Origin: Eledone cirrhosa
Taxonomy: Eukaryota
DNA length: 64,000 nucleotides
Assembly: GCA_964016885.1 (NCBI GenBank)
Contig: OZ024743.1
Span: 91,078,001 to 91,142,000, forward strand
Direction of reading: 5' to 3'
This document shows positions 1 to 13,255 of the stretch, piece after piece; positions within the stretch are counted from its first letter, which is position 1; each line of letters starts with the position of its first letter. The position numbers and the translations under genes are program-made. Below the pieces are notes generated by a model, which was not told the origin of the DNA, ran no database searches, and saw only the letters and a program-made list of their open reading frames with translations.

Positions 1-397
1 TGGTGTGAGTGTCGTGTGGTAGATATAGAGAAGGGGGAAATGTAGTATTGATTGATATAAAGAGAGTACTGTATATTAGATATAGAGAGGGGGAGTGTTT
101 TGTGGTTGTAGATATAGGGAGGAGGATAATAAGAGTGTCGTGTAGTAGATATATATTTCTATTTATTTGCCACCAGGGCATCAAAGATTGGGACAAATAC
201 AAAGGGGGGAGTTTACATACATTTAAAAAGACGTGTAAAAAACATATAACAAATTAAATTTAACAATCGATGTCCTCAATAGGGAGGGGCGTTGACATGG
301 GTCGCACCCCCCCCCCCCGAAAAAATGTGCAACCCTCCTCTTCAGGAGCACAAAGAGCGGGTGCTTCCTTCCTCTTCTCATTCTTCTCCTCTCTCCC

Positions 398-3355
398 CTA
401 CAGGCTGATATAGAGAGAAGGCCCATTCACTCGGGCCATTCTCGCTACTTTCACCCATCTTTCATAAAACTTGCTGCGGTAGAGCACCTCTCTCTCCATT
501 CTGATCCTTCTTCTAAAGTGGTACTTGAAAAAAAAGACCAGTTGTTGGCCGGAGAGAAAGGTGTCTGACCTCAGCCCTTTCAACCTTGTCCACCATACAA
601 CTTCTTTCGCCATGGCTATCACACAGAGGAAAACCGCCTCTCCTTCGTTTTTGAAAGGGGGAGGCGGTTTGATTGTGACAATGTTCTCGGTGGTCAACCG
701 GATTGGTCCCACCCGCGACAGTAGTCGTTCTACATAGCCCCACAGGTCAGCAACGCCCGTGCAGTGTAAGAATGCGTGTGCGACGGTTTCCTCGTCACGC
801 ACGCATCTTGGACAGATCTTCTTCGAGGGGTCCCTACTCGGGCGCCCGTGTCTGTAGAGCTTGTCCCGAACGGGTAGAGCTCCTCGGTAACATTGCCAAG
901 CCAGGGACTTTTGGAAGTTGTCCATCGGTCCCGGGCCAAACGTCCTACCGAACAGACTGGCCAGGTCGTCTTCCTCCATGCCCAGAGCCTCTCCGAGAGC
1001 GTCGTCGCACTTACTGCGCACCAACCCTCTATAGAATGTTGAGGTTGAGTCTCCACTGATTGCCGGATCCGCTTGCCAGAGGGCCGTGAGCGCCTGGGCA
1101 CATTCAATGTGCCAGTCGCCCACTTTTCTCGGTCTTTGCTTGACCCAGGATTGCAGCTCGGTGAGTGAGACGAGTCTCGGAAAGGCTCGCCTCACAAACA
1201 GGGGCCACACCGGCTGACCGGTGAGGAATACCTGGAGGTGCCGTAGCCTTAATGCGTGTCTACGCATCATCAGCCACGGCATCCCCAGCCCTCCGTTCGA
1301 AGGGTGTTGACAGCAGATGGATCTTCTCACCAAAGGAGCCCGCTTCTTCCAAAGAAATCGGAAGAGCGCGCGCTCCATTTTGGCGAGTGTTTTCTCTGGG
1401 CAAGGCACGACGGTCAAGCGGTAGTAGATGACGGACGCTATATAAGCGTTCGCCACCTCCGCTCGACCTTTCAGGGATAGTTTGCACTCGGCCCACTTCT
1501 GGGCGAGTGCAAACACCTTGCCCGTTACCTCGTCCCAGTTTTTCTCCACCTGGAGGTCCGGTCCGAACCAGACCCCGAGCAGCTTCACCGGTCCCTCCGT
1601 CCAGCGTCCGACGATGCCGTCGGAGGGCATCGTTTTGCCCCTCCACGTCCCGAGTTGCAAACCGACGGACTTGTCCCGGTTCAGCTTGGCTCCTGTGAAC
1701 CTTTCATATTCCTCCAGTAAGGTGCTGATCTGCCCGATTTCCGAGGCGCACGACACCATTACTGTCACGTCATCGGCGTAGGCCGACACCGCTTTCCGCA
1801 ATCCCGGTTCCAAGGGGATGCCCTGCAACAGCTCCAGCTTCCGCAGTAGTGGCTCGAGAGCCAGCACATACAGGAGGGAGGAGAGAGGGCATCCCTGTCG
1901 AATGGATCGCGTGATTTGGAACGGCTCCGAGAGGTAGCCATTCACCTTGACCCTCGAGCAGGTGTTGCTGCTGTGCATTGCAGCAATCCAGCCCCTGAAA
2001 ACGGGTCCGAAGCCTGCCGCCGCGAGCACCGCATCCAGGTACCGATGGTCAACCCTATCGAACGCTTTAGATTGATCCAAGTTGATCAGGGCCCCACCAA
2101 AGCCGGGTTCGTTCCCTACCCTCTCTACGATGTATCGCATGAGGTGGAGGTTGTCGTGTATGGACCTGGACGGGATTGCGCATGTCTGCGCTTCTCCCAC
2201 CAGGTTCCCGACGACAAGCGCCAACTTCTTCGCTAACACCTTGGCCAAAATCTTTAACTCTGTGTTTAGCAGAGTTATGGGCCTGAAGTTATCTATGTCA
2301 TCCCCCTTGTTCTCGTCCTTCCTCACCAGCGTGACTACGCCCTTGGTCACAGGACTGGGAATTCTCCCGTTCTGTTGCCAGTTGCAGTAGACCGCCCCGA
2401 GGAGACCGGAGAACAAGCCCGGCATCGCTACATAAAGTTCGTATGGTAGACCACCGACACCCGGAGATTTGCGTTTGCCGCATTGGCTCAGCGCTTCCCC
2501 TATTTCAGCGGTTGAAACCGGCCTCTCGCAGGACTTCGCCTCCCCGTCCGAGAGCCCCGCCAGACCGTCGAGGTATGGACCGAAATCCATGGCCCCACCC
2601 GGCCCGCCGCCCCTCCCGAACAGTCGTGCAAAGCGCCGTTGAAAGGCCGCACTCATCCGCTCAGGTTCAAGGATCACGCGTCCATCCTGGTCCTTCAAAG
2701 ACCGAATCGTGGACTTGTTTCCACTTTTTGCCTCTGTCACTCGGGCCCAACTAACAGCTTTGGCTCCCTCGTTACCCAGAGCACGTATTTTACTTCTGAC
2801 AACGCAGCCCTCGTGCTTCGCATCAAAGAACTGGTCTAGTGCCGTTCTTGACGCCAGCACGCCGTCCACGTTGCCACTCCTAATCGCCTCTTCTACTCTA
2901 TTTGTTAATTCCCTTTCAGTTCTATTCCTATCTGATGCTAATTCCCGACTAAAACCTATCGATTCTATTCTAATTTCTCTCTTGAGAGAGCCCCACCACC
3001 TGTTGTTGACAATTGCCCCCGTAAAACGCTGCTTAACTAGTGTGCTAATCCGCTTACTGTAAGCTTTGTTTGTCGGTAAAGACAAGTTTAGCTTCCAGTA
3101 ACCGGGTCCCTGTCTATGAGTTCTATCAAGGTTGACCGCTCCGGTCAACAACTTGTGATCCGAATAGTCAACCATGAACATTCGTGGACAGCTTAATATG
3201 TCCCTATCCTTATTTCTAACTAGGAACCTATCTAGGTACGACCTGGATGTTCCGCTGCGATTACTCCACGTCCACCGTGGCACAGTCGGAAAATCCAGTC
3301 GATATCTATCGGCCAGATCAAATCGGCTGATTGACATGTCCCTACATAGTCCCAA
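398..3355 (-). pseudogene. Tx1-like ORF2 main frame: end of APE endonuclease, reverse transcriptase, C-terminal CCHC zinc finger
   Basis: Motifs SYLDRFL..SDH, GPGYWKLN, NFRPITLLN, LDQSKAFDRV, IRQGCPLS, YADD, CPRC-x8-H-x4-C. Confidence 0.93.
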
Positions 3356-3801
3356 CGTGCATCCAGGATACCATTCCAGTCCCCCACTAAAAGCAAGGAG
3401 CGAGACGTTCCCAGGAAATTCTCCAGGCGTCGGAAGAAGTCCGGTCGCGGTGTCCCAGATGGGGCATACGCTTCCACCAGCCTGAAAGCTCCACCTTCAC
3501 CACTGCCGACGTCTAAAACCACCAGTCGACCCTCCGGGTCCAGGTGTACCTTCTGTGTGGCAAGACCCAGGTATTTTCGCAGCAGAACGACAACCCCACC
3601 CCCACCCCTCGGCTGACAGAGAGATGCGTAGATCTCAAAGTCGTCGAAGATGGGGGCCAGTTGGCGCTCGCTGCTGATCCTGGACTCGCAAATAACCATT
3701 ACATCCACTCTGTGCGACCTGAGGTCATTTAAGAGTTTGCCCTGTTTCCAGGACATCCCCAAGCCGCGTGCATTCACACATCCAACTCTTATATTGGCCA
3801 T
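3232..3801 (-). pseudogene. Tx1-like ORF2 N-terminal APE endonuclease (frameshift near 3385-3355 joins it to the RT frame)
   Basis: NARGL, ICES, GGVVVLL, DPEGRLV, YAP, VGDWN motifs; ATG at 3801. Confidence 0.9.
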
Positions 3802-3837
3802 GTTGGTGCTGAAGAGGTGAAGAGGAAAGGAAATTAT

Positions 3838-5756
3838 TTACCTCTTCGTCTCCTGGGGACCAGGCTGCACGATTTCCATGGGGGTGTTGGAAGGGTTGTT
3901 TGGTGGGGTGGTGGTTTGTGGTGGGGTGAGGATATCAGTGTGTGGTGGGATTAGGGTGTTTGGTGGGGTGTGGGTGTCTGGTGTGGGGGTGGGGAAATAT
4001 CTCAATAGGACGCTGTTATATGGTTTGGTGCAGTTGGTCCCCACATGCATTGGATGGTTCTTTTTCAAAGTTACATAGGTTTCCGTTGGGACCCTAATCA
4101 TCATTAGGTGCGGTTTGTTCGCTGCGTAGGTGAAAGTGATCCCTTCGGTTTCCACCGAAGGGTTATTTTCTATCGCTTTCATCAACGTTTTATTGTTCTT
4201 GTTAATGTATGTATAGAGTTTTTGTTGTGTTGTGTTTGTTTTTGTTTGTTGTTCTTGCGCGTGTTTGCGTTTTGTAGTACGTGTTATGTTTTGGGGAGGG
4301 GTGGGTTTTTTTATTTGTGATGTTTGTTCTGTTTATGCTGGTGGTTGTGTGTTTGTGGCATTTTTGTTAATGTGGTGCCTTTTTTTTTTCCTTTTCACCT
4401 GTTGAAAGGGTTCTCCCTCGTCGTCACTGGGTGACGTTGATACGGAGTCCTCTTCCGTGTTGTTGGGGAGGGGTATATTTTGGGGTTTTGTTGTGGTTGC
4501 TTTTGTATTTGTTTTAGGTGGGGAGGGATTGGGTGGAACAGTGTTTTGTGTTGTTATTTTTCCGTGTTGTTGTGGTGGTAGTGGTGGTGGTGGTGGTGGT
4601 TGTGTTGTTGTGTTCGGGGCTGGCAGAAGAGCCTTTTTTTTTTTGACTCGTTAATTGAGGACAGGCAGCCCTCAGGTGACCCCTGCTTAAGCAGTGGTAA
4701 CATGACGGCCGCCTTCCCTCCACTGAAATGTTTATATAAGTTAGCCCGTCCAGAGGCATGCGTTGTGGGATATTCGCTATTCGTTCTGGGCTCATTTGCA
4801 CCAGAACTTCTACGGTGGTCCCACCAAATACACCTCCGGAGGACTTTCCTATTGAAATTATCTTGTCTTCGTCAAAGTTAATGATTCCACATAGTATCCA
4901 CCAAATGTTTACATTTGGTGTGATACTCATTATTTTTATTCTTTGTGTCCTTTTCCCCCTGTATGTGGGGTAAAAGGTAAAGCGGGGGGACACAATGGGT
5001 GCTATCGAGTACTTTTGAGCTGTTGACTGGTTGTTCATCAGCACCGAAATGCTACCAAACAGTTTACCTTTTTGTATGAAGGTTAAGTCCTTCATTGCGT
5101 CTTTTAGAACCAGCTCAATTTCATTTTGTGATAATTGAGCTGGTTTTCTTGTTACGTTCGATATTGTCCTGAAAACCACAGTTTTCAGGACAGCCTCTCT
5201 ACGTAATTCCTGTGGAGAATTGATGCTAAAAGCACCGTTTTCGCCAAATGTCACGAATTGTTTTGCGTCTTGTAATAGTTGTTTAGCATTTGTTATGTCT
5301 ATTGGCGTGTATAGTTCGTTTTTTTTTTACGGTCTGTGCAAATGTTGTTTTGGTGTTGTTGTCTTTCGTGTTACTGTTACTGTTGGTAATATTGGTGTTG
5401 CTATTGTTGCAGTTGTTGGTTGTGGTGTTGTTGTCATTGTTCTTGTTGTTGGTGCTGGTATTATTTACCGGGTTTGGTTTCGCGGTTTCGATATTTTCCA
5501 CGTTTTTCGATGATACGAGGGGGGACGGCTGCAAGCTTTGTACTCCTACCTTCCCTCCACCACTTTTCTTAGTGGGCGTGGCACTCACGACAGTGTGCGA
5601 GGTGGAAATGGCATCCATTGCCACCAAGTCTACAGTTTTTAGATGAAAATTGAAAATTTCGCCCCAGAAAGGGGCGAAAATTTGTTGACTTAACGTCTGA
5701 CGGCCAAGGCAAGGGGCTAAACCAAACAATGTTATTAAATTGATCAATAAACTCAC
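3838..5756 (-). pseudogene. Tx1-like ORF1 (gag-like, zinc knuckle), split by frameshifts at poly-A runs
   Basis: ORFs 5283-5756, 4514-5254 (CYHCLSRGHLRAAC = CCHC knuckle) and 3838-4185; N/T-rich low-complexity linkers; lies directly upstream of ORF2. Confidence 0.75.
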
Positions 5757-6324
5757 AGTTTTTTTGACAACAATCCGTAAAAATCCGGAGCAAAGTAAAT
5801 CACGTCTATATCAAGTGGTAATTGATATAGATAGGTATTAGAAGAGAATTTCGTGTAGCAGATATAGAGATGGGGGAAGCTTTGATGTTATTTGATTCAG
5901 TTTTGGGGGCGGGTGCTCTCATGCACAAAAAATAGAATACATAGCACACACACACACACAACGCCCCCCCCCGCACTGCAGGGGGCTCAGGGCAATTGCC
6001 CTCTCTGCCCACTATTAATTCCGGTCCTGGGTTGAGTCGTTGAAATAACCATGTACCCTCACCAGCAGTATGTTTGATGTTATTGTTTAGCCTCAGATCT
6101 GACTTGATCAAAGCTGTTCCGGCCATAACAATCTAGTCTTTTTCTATATCCAGTATTAGATTTTCTAATGGCTTTGATCACCCCCACCCCCACCCGAACA
6201 CTTTTTTTTGAGACGACAATATATGGTTTGAGGGAGATTTAGCTACTTTTTCTAGCAGATTGATCGACCGCTGATAGATTCACTTGCAGGTTTGTGTGTG
6301 TGTGTGTGTGTGTGGTGTGGTGTG

Positions 6325-6355
<31 letters not shown>

Positions 6356-6410
6356 TGTGCGTGCGCGTGTGTGGTGAGATTTAAATGAAGAACGAAATAA
6401 CAATGTGTAG

Positions 6411-6620
6411 ATGATGATGATGATGAACATGGTGATAATGATGATGATAATGATGATGAGGATGATGATGATAATGATGATGAGGATGATGATGATAATG
6501 ATGATGATCATGGTGATAATGATGATGATCATGGTGATAATGATGATGATCATGGTGATAATGATGATGATCATGGTGATAATGATGATGAACATGATGA
6601 TGATGATGATGTTGATAATG
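6411..6620 (+). repeat. (ATG)n microsatellite with a 21-bp higher-order unit
   Basis: ATGGTGATAATGATGATGATC repeated; (GT)n tract just upstream. Confidence 0.95.
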
Positions 6621-6807
6621 TGCCACTAAATGTAGATCGGTCATTAGCCGATTTAATCAATGCCACTACTTAACTAATTACAATATGGTGGATTCGTGTC
6701 GTTTATAATGATTTCTACTATAGACACAAGGCCAGCAATTTTGTGGGAGGGGAAAGTCGCTCTACTGATAATGCCAATAATGTCGGCAATACAGTTGAAT
6801 GTAAGGG

Positions 6808-6878
<71 letters not shown>

Positions 6879-6884
6879 ATATAA

Positions 6885-7490
6885 TACATTATAAAGAAAG
6901 AAGAAACATTAGACATAAATAAAAAAAATATAAATACCCAATATTCCTCTACATTCTCGACTGCGCAGTTTCGTGGCTACTTTGCAAAAACATTACTTCA
7001 TAGAGATGCAATATTTCTGTGAGGTTTGCCAACTTATTAAGAGAATACCTCATTTAAAGTTTCAAAATACGTCTGCAAGGCGAACCACGGAAGTATAGTA
7101 ACTGCTGTCAGGCTTACACTATTTACACTTCTAACCCTCCTTAGCCACCTCGCCTGTAGCCTAGATATTAATACACCCCCCCCCCTCTCCGCCATTGCGG
7201 TATTTTTCTCTTGGTTGTAAGAGGCTTAACTCTGTTTCTTGACCGCTGTATCACGTGATAAGTTCCCCCTCCGCCTTTCCGGGTTCTCTCTCGCGCCTTG
7301 CAGACGTATTTTGAAACTTTAAATGTGGTATTCTCTTGAAGTTGGCAAACCTCACAGAAATACTGCATCTCTATGATGTAATGTTTTTGCAAAGTAGCCA
7401 CGAAACTGAGCAGTCGAGAATGTAGAGGAATATTGGGTATTTATATTTTTTTTATTTATGTCTAATGTTTCTTCTTTCTTTATTATAATG
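6885..7490. mobile_element. Inverted-repeat mini-element (PLE pLTR-like); each arm carries a decayed hammerhead
   Basis: Arm ~6885-7083 is the reverse complement of ~7292-7490; plus arm 7330-7421 reads attctc-TTGAAG-ttggc...gccac-GAAA-ctgagcag-TC-gagaat. Confidence 0.7.
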
Positions 7491-7705
7491 TTTCTTCTTT
7501 CTTTATTATATGTATTATATAGCTCTGATATAGAGTCAATCTAATTCATTCAGATTATTTTGACCCTATTAATCATAGAGCAACAACGGTTATGGTTGGC
7601 AACACACAAATTCAGGGATATATGTGCGTATATGCATGTATATGTATGTATTCGCATGTATCTGTGTATTTCTTTATATTGTGTATATATATACACAATA
7701 TATAC

Positions 7706-7754
<49 letters not shown>

Positions 7755-7760
<6 letters not shown>

Positions 7761-8232
7761 TAGAATTGGTGCTCTGAAATAGCGATCTATATATGAATGT
7801 ATATATAGTGTATTTTACAATACATTGTATGCTTAATTAAAAGCATTTCGAAGACCTTACGCAATTGTTTTAGAGTAGTGACAGTCTCACTTACTTTAAA
7901 TTTTCAGCAAACAGGGGAGATAAAGCTGACAGAGCTCTGTTTCGTACTGATTGGTACTTATCTAAGCCAAGTACTCCACCCGTTTGCTGAAAATCATGAA
8001 TGTTTGATTCTTATAGAATTATAGTAATAATCAGGAACTGATTATACAGAGCGGTTGCCGGTCAAGCAGAAATTGAAAATTACAATTGGTGCTCTGAAAT
8101 AGCTATATATATATATGAATGTATATATAGTGTATTTTGCAATACACTGTATGCTAAACAATGACGTAAGGTCTTCGAAATGCTTTTAATTAAGCACACA
8201 GTGTATTGCAAAATACACTATATATACATTCA
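7755..8232 (-). mobile_element. ~320-bp hammerhead-bearing repeat family (retrozyme/pLTR-like); one unit plus partial direct and inverted copies
   Basis: AATTGGTGCTCTGAAATAG at 7764 and 8084 (period 320); homologous to 25915-26590 and 38695-38970; decayed hammerhead at ~7925-7967. Confidence 0.75.
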
Positions 8233-8772
8233 TGTTGGCAACATGACCCTCCCAAAGCATAACAATATATATATATATATATATATAAATATCTTTAAGT
8301 CGTTTGGAAGCCTCGACAATGCAAATGGGTAAATCTCCGGGTAACAAGATCCTGTGGTGGAAAGAGAGATGTAAGTGGGTGTACGTTGAGATGCGTGGTG
8401 TGTAAAGATGTGTAAATGTGTAGAAGAAAGAAGGGAAGAGTATAAAGGATAAAATAAAAATAACAACACAAGAGAGAGAGTTACCTTGGGAGAGATTTAA
8501 TAGTCCCTATATATTTCGGATTCACATCCATCAACTGGGGTTTTTTTCCGGGGTAAAGGTTGTCTGTCGGACAGGTGCGAAACGCGTCCTCCGCTGTTTG
8601 TTGTTTTGAATATCTGAGGTATTCCACAATGCTTCAAGCAAACTTCAATACTCTCTTATATATATATATATTGTTCTTTATTTTTCCTTTCCTTCTTCCT
8701 TTTCCAGCCTCACTTTCATATAGATTATATTTTTGTTTTTAAAATCCAACGCCAATAAATACACCAGGATTT

Positions 8773-8833
8773 TTTCATTCTGATGATTGAAAGCAAAATT
8801 CTTTTGCTTTTAAGAAACCACTGGTAAATGAAA
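8773..8833 (+). ncRNA. Type I hammerhead ribozyme, canonical core
   Basis: tttcatt-CTGATGA-ttgaaagcaaaa/ttc/ttttgcttttaa-GAAA-cca-c-tgg-TA^-aatgaaa: 7-bp stem I, 12-bp stem II, GUA cleavage site. Confidence 0.85.
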
Positions 8834-8858
8834 TAATTGCCTTATGTTGTTTATTACA

Positions 8859-8954
<96 letters not shown>

Positions 8955-8990
8955 ATTAATAAATGGAAACTATATTTATAAAACCATATT

Positions 8991-9054
8991 TATTTCATTA
9001 TACATATTTCAAGGACACCAAGTTAAATTATGGTGTACTTTCATCAGATAAAAT
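8991..9054 (-). ncRNA. Type I hammerhead ribozyme
   Basis: Minus strand: attttat-CTGATGA-aagtacacca...tggtgtcctt-GAAA-tatgta-TA^-atgaaat; same family as 50254-50510. Confidence 0.75.
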
Positions 9055-10229
9055 ATAATATAGATCAGTTTTATAAATAAATATTGACATACCCTTAAAG
9101 AATGCAACCATTACTGTTGGAAGCCCCCCATTTGCTCATAATAGTGAGAGATGGGGAGATCGGGAGAGATGGAAGGAGTTACAGTGGGAGTTTGGTTTCA
9201 TTGTGTTCGGACCTGATGTAGATGTATATATTTATTTACTACACCACATATACATACATATATACATAGCGTTGAATATATATATTTTTTTTTTAGTCCA
9301 GGATTGGTATGCCATATATATAAAGGTTACTAGATATATAACAATCATTCAAATTGGGGAATTTATTGACACGTGGATGGGATTAACGATGACTGGCGGC
9401 AACTTCTTTTTCCCTCTTTAATGGTCTATTTTATAAGCTATTTTATATCATTCTCGCGCATGAGCACATCATTCTTGATGTTCAAATAACCCATATGTAA
9501 GATATAATTACATAAATGTACAGCATAGATATACAAATAACATACAGGATTAAATATATGAATAACTTTCGAGAAATAATTATTTACAGGGACAAATGTG
9601 GGATTAGAACGCAGGATCTTGTGAATCGAAAGCCAACTTCTTATTGTAACAGTATGACCAGGACTGGATTTAATGGAGCAAAGGGGTAGTCTTGTGATTG
9701 GAAAGTGAAATCCTCATTGTAGCAATGTTTCTGCATGAATGGTCCCGTAACTCCTGAAGGAGTCGTAGGGGCGCCATATTGACGTCAACGTTTCTAGGGT
9801 ATTTTTAAACCTGGCAATGCCCAATCTTCCTCATGTCTGAATAGAGCGGATGTCCCCCAGAGAAGGATAGAAAGTGAGAGAATGGAAGTGAGAAAGAGAT
9901 ATAGAGGAAGAATCAACCCCAGTACTAGACTGGTACTTTTTTATCGACCTCGAATAGATGAAAGGCAAAGTTAAACTCGGCGCGATATAAACTCAGAAGA
10001 GAGAGTCGAAACGAATACCACAAAACATTGTTGGTCTTAAGCGCTGGGCCTGAATATAGAAAAATCAGTCATGTTTTTTACTGTTTTTTTCTGGAGAGAG
10101 GCGAAAAATATTTGTTTACGAAAAAATCAGGCAATTTATAGTCAACCTTTTATCTCTATTAAAACCTGTTTTTATTTGTTGTTCCACTTTTTGACCCCGC
10201 GCTCTTCAAATGTTATCACTATCATCATG

Positions 10230-10283
<54 letters not shown>

Positions 10284-10874
10284 AATTAACACACATAAGT
10301 TTGATAGGCTTCGGCTAGTGTTGACCCAAACCATGTCTAACTTAATAGAATTACCATACATACATACATACATATAGAGACAAACGGATATACATACATA
10401 CACACACACACATACATGCCTGCATACATACATATATACATACATTCATGCCTACATATACATACATACATATACATACATATATACAGAGAGAAGATTA
10501 CCATCTAACTATGGCGAATGGGTGTGTGGTGGGGGGGGGGGCAAACAACTGAGATTATCCTCTCAATTTCCAGTTATAGCCGTCAAGACCACATTCCGTT
10601 TCCTTTCTTCTGAAAAAGAGGTCCTAACCTCGAAATATCATGACATATAACGTAAATGTGTAAACTGTTGATTGTTTCGTTTTTCTTCTTATATTCTTCT
10701 TTAGTTTTCACTCATGTATATTTAATTTGCATTGTACCGGCTTTCTAAAAATAATCATAACCACATATCTCACAATCCATATGTATGTATGCCTGTTTAA
10801 CGAAGGGTTAAAATTAATTAAGAAGTAGTTATTGTTAGATGAGGTAACATGGTTATTAGAGGTAATAACAAAGT

Positions 10875-11527
10875 TGTTAGATGAAATAACATGAATAATA
10901 ATAAATGATTTTAGTTATATATGGTTTACTTCACGTGAATCAATTAAAAAGTACAATAAAACAGTTACCAAGAGTTGTTAATTTTGTTATTGTTGTTGAT
11001 GTGAAAACAGCGAGCGAACAGATAATGTTGTTGTTGGAAGTTGGAGTCCGTGGTAGTAATTCTGAGACCGTAGTGAGTAAGAGAGAGAGATATGGTTTGT
11101 ATACCTCTGTTATGGTCTGTAGTAACTGTGAACCACCGTGGCCTGCAGACAGCAGTGAATCTTCCACATTTGTGTTCTGTAGTAGCTCCAATCACTCTGT
11201 ATTTCTGTAGATCTCTGGGGTCTGTTGATAGTGGTGAATCTTTACATAGTTAGTTGCTTGCATAATGCTCCGATCTTTCTTGTCTTTCTGTAGACCACTG
11301 GGGTCTGTTGATAGTGGTGAATCTTTACATAGCTTGTTCTGTAGTGGGGTGCTCCGATGTCTCTGTGTAAACGTGGGATGATACAGGCTTTATATACCTA
11401 TCGCTTCCTGTCTCCCCCCTTGAGGGGATAGCCAACGCATCAACCTGTTCACACCAAAAGGGTGATGACCAAGAATTTGACCTTTAGGTGTCACCCAAGG
11501 TTCAAGGCGCGGACAGATTTCGCTACA
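10875..11527 (-). mobile_element. Possible solo LTR
   Basis: Minus strand starts TGTAGCG and ends CTAACA (TG...CA), internal TATATAAAG; internal ~78-bp direct repeat; no clear TSD. Confidence 0.35.
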
Positions 11528-11583
11528 TATGTATATATGGATGTGTGTGTATGTATGTGTGTGTGTATGTATGTGTGTGTATG

Positions 11584-11617
<34 letters not shown>

Positions 11618-11839
11618 TGTATGTATGTATGTATGTATGTATTATGTATGTATGTATGTATGTATGTGTATGTATGTATGTGTGTGTATGTATGTGTGTG
11701 TATGTATGTGTGTGTATGTATGTATATATGTATGTATGTGTGTGTATGTATGTATGTATGTGTGTGTATGTATGTATGTATGTGTGTGTATGTATGTATG
11801 TATGTATGTATCTATGTATGTGTGTGTGTATGTATTCAT

Positions 11840-12870
11840 GTCAGGTCGCTCTTCAGCACTACTGGTAACATGTAACCTAGTGCAACCTGTGCATGGTTGG
11901 GTCGTCGGCGACTAAACCGGCAAACCCTACCAAGCTTGCTTGGTGAGGAGGGTGAATTTGGACACCCTGCAGGATGAAAACCCGTCAAAGGGAGGAAGAA
12001 CTCAGGAGAGTCAACGGCCATCCAATAAAGCTTTTTTAGGGGGTGGAGGGGAGATACCTCTAGTATTCATTAGGACATTTCTCCATTAGAAGGTCACTCT
12101 GATATAAAACCTGCGACTTTGTTTACATCCAATGATGTAGACCAGTTCTTCTTTTTAGGCAAATGCATTAGATATTCAGAGATTGGGATTGGCCCCGTGC
12201 AAAGCCTTTCCTCACTTAAAAAAGCTTCAAGCACAAGCATTGCTTGATATGTGACATATTTTGCGATACATGGCTAGCCATAGGCAAGTCTCTAGCTGGA
12301 CTAAAAAAATACATCCGTGATGCTAATGCTTATGTTTCAAGCATTACTCGAAATCGAGTTGCAGCCATCATGTATGTAAATACCACCCAGCTTGCTTGGT
12401 GAGGAGGGTAATTTTCGACACCCTGCGGGATGAAAAACAAAACCTGTCAAAGGACGGAGGGACTCAGCAGAATCAAAGGCCATCCAATAAAGTTTTTATT
12501 TTATTTTATTTTATTTTATTTTTTCTGGAGCGAGAGACTCCTAGTCTTCATTAGGACATCTATCTAGGAGAAGGTCACTCTGATATAAAACCTGGTACTT
12601 CGTTTGCATCCAGTGATGTAGACCAGTTCTTTTTAGGCAAATATATTCGATGTTCAGAGAGTAGGATTGACTATCTGCAAAGCCTTTCCTCACTTTAAAA
12701 AAAGCTTTAAGCACAGGCATCGCTTGATATGTGACATTTCTTTGTGATGCATGGCATTGCTGGCTATCCGCAAGTCTCTAACAGGACTAAAAAGCCACGT
12801 CCAACATGCTCATGCTTAAGTATCAAGTGATGGCATTACTCGAAATCGAGTTGTTGCCATCATCATCATC
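11840..12870 (+). mobile_element. Two tandem non-autonomous bipartite RTE derivatives (5' UTR fused to 3' end)
   Basis: 5' part resembles the RTE 5' UTR at 14490-14690; 3' part keeps a K-S-L-A/T-G-L-K remnant of the last zinc finger and the ACTCG-AAAT-CGAGT hairpin with (CAT)n/(TATG)n tail. Confidence 0.75.
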
Positions 12871-13127
12871 ATGTATGTATGTATGTATGTATGTATGTAT
12901 GTATGTATGTATGTATGTATGTATGTATGTATGTATGTATGTATGTATGTATGTATGCATGTATGCATGTATGTATGCATGCATGTATGTATGCATGTAT
13001 GTACGTATGTATGTATGTATGTATGTATGTATGTATGTATGTATGTATGCATGTATGTATGTATGTACGTATGTATGTATGTATGTATGTATGTATGCAT
13101 GTATGTATGTACGTATGTATGTATGTA

Positions 13128-13255
13128 CGTCAGGTCACCAGTTGGTGCTACTGGTAACATGTATCCCAGTACAACCTGTCTCATGGTCGGGTCGTTGGCG
13201 ACTAAACTGGCAACCCCACCAAGGTTTCTTGGTGAGGAGGGTGACTTTGGACATA
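13128..13255 (+). mobile_element. 5' head fragment of the bipartite RTE derivative
   Basis: Aligns with 11840-11965 and the reverse complement of 59750-59845. Confidence 0.7.

Larger units (their letters stand above)
150..5807 (-). mobile_element. Tx1/L1-clade non-LTR retrotransposon, near full length, frameshifted
   Basis: ORF1 pieces with a CCHC knuckle, followed by APE endonuclease and RT ORFs on the minus strand; AATAAA on minus at ~162-167; 5' end near AGACGTG at 5801-5807. Confidence 0.9.

Noticed and set aside
6239-6644. His-, Met- and Ile-rich ORFs, and the many [12 protein letters not shown] ORFs across the window
   Set aside because: Translations of microsatellites with no coding complexity
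8503-8540. Minus-strand hammerhead-like ccc-CAGTTGA-tggat..atcc-GAAA-tata-TA-ggg
   Set aside because: Two core substitutions; probable decayed copy, not called
10605-10650. Hammerhead-like CTGAAAA-agagg..cctc-GAAA
   Set aside because: C3 with A8 mismatch and no stem I; at best a dead remnant
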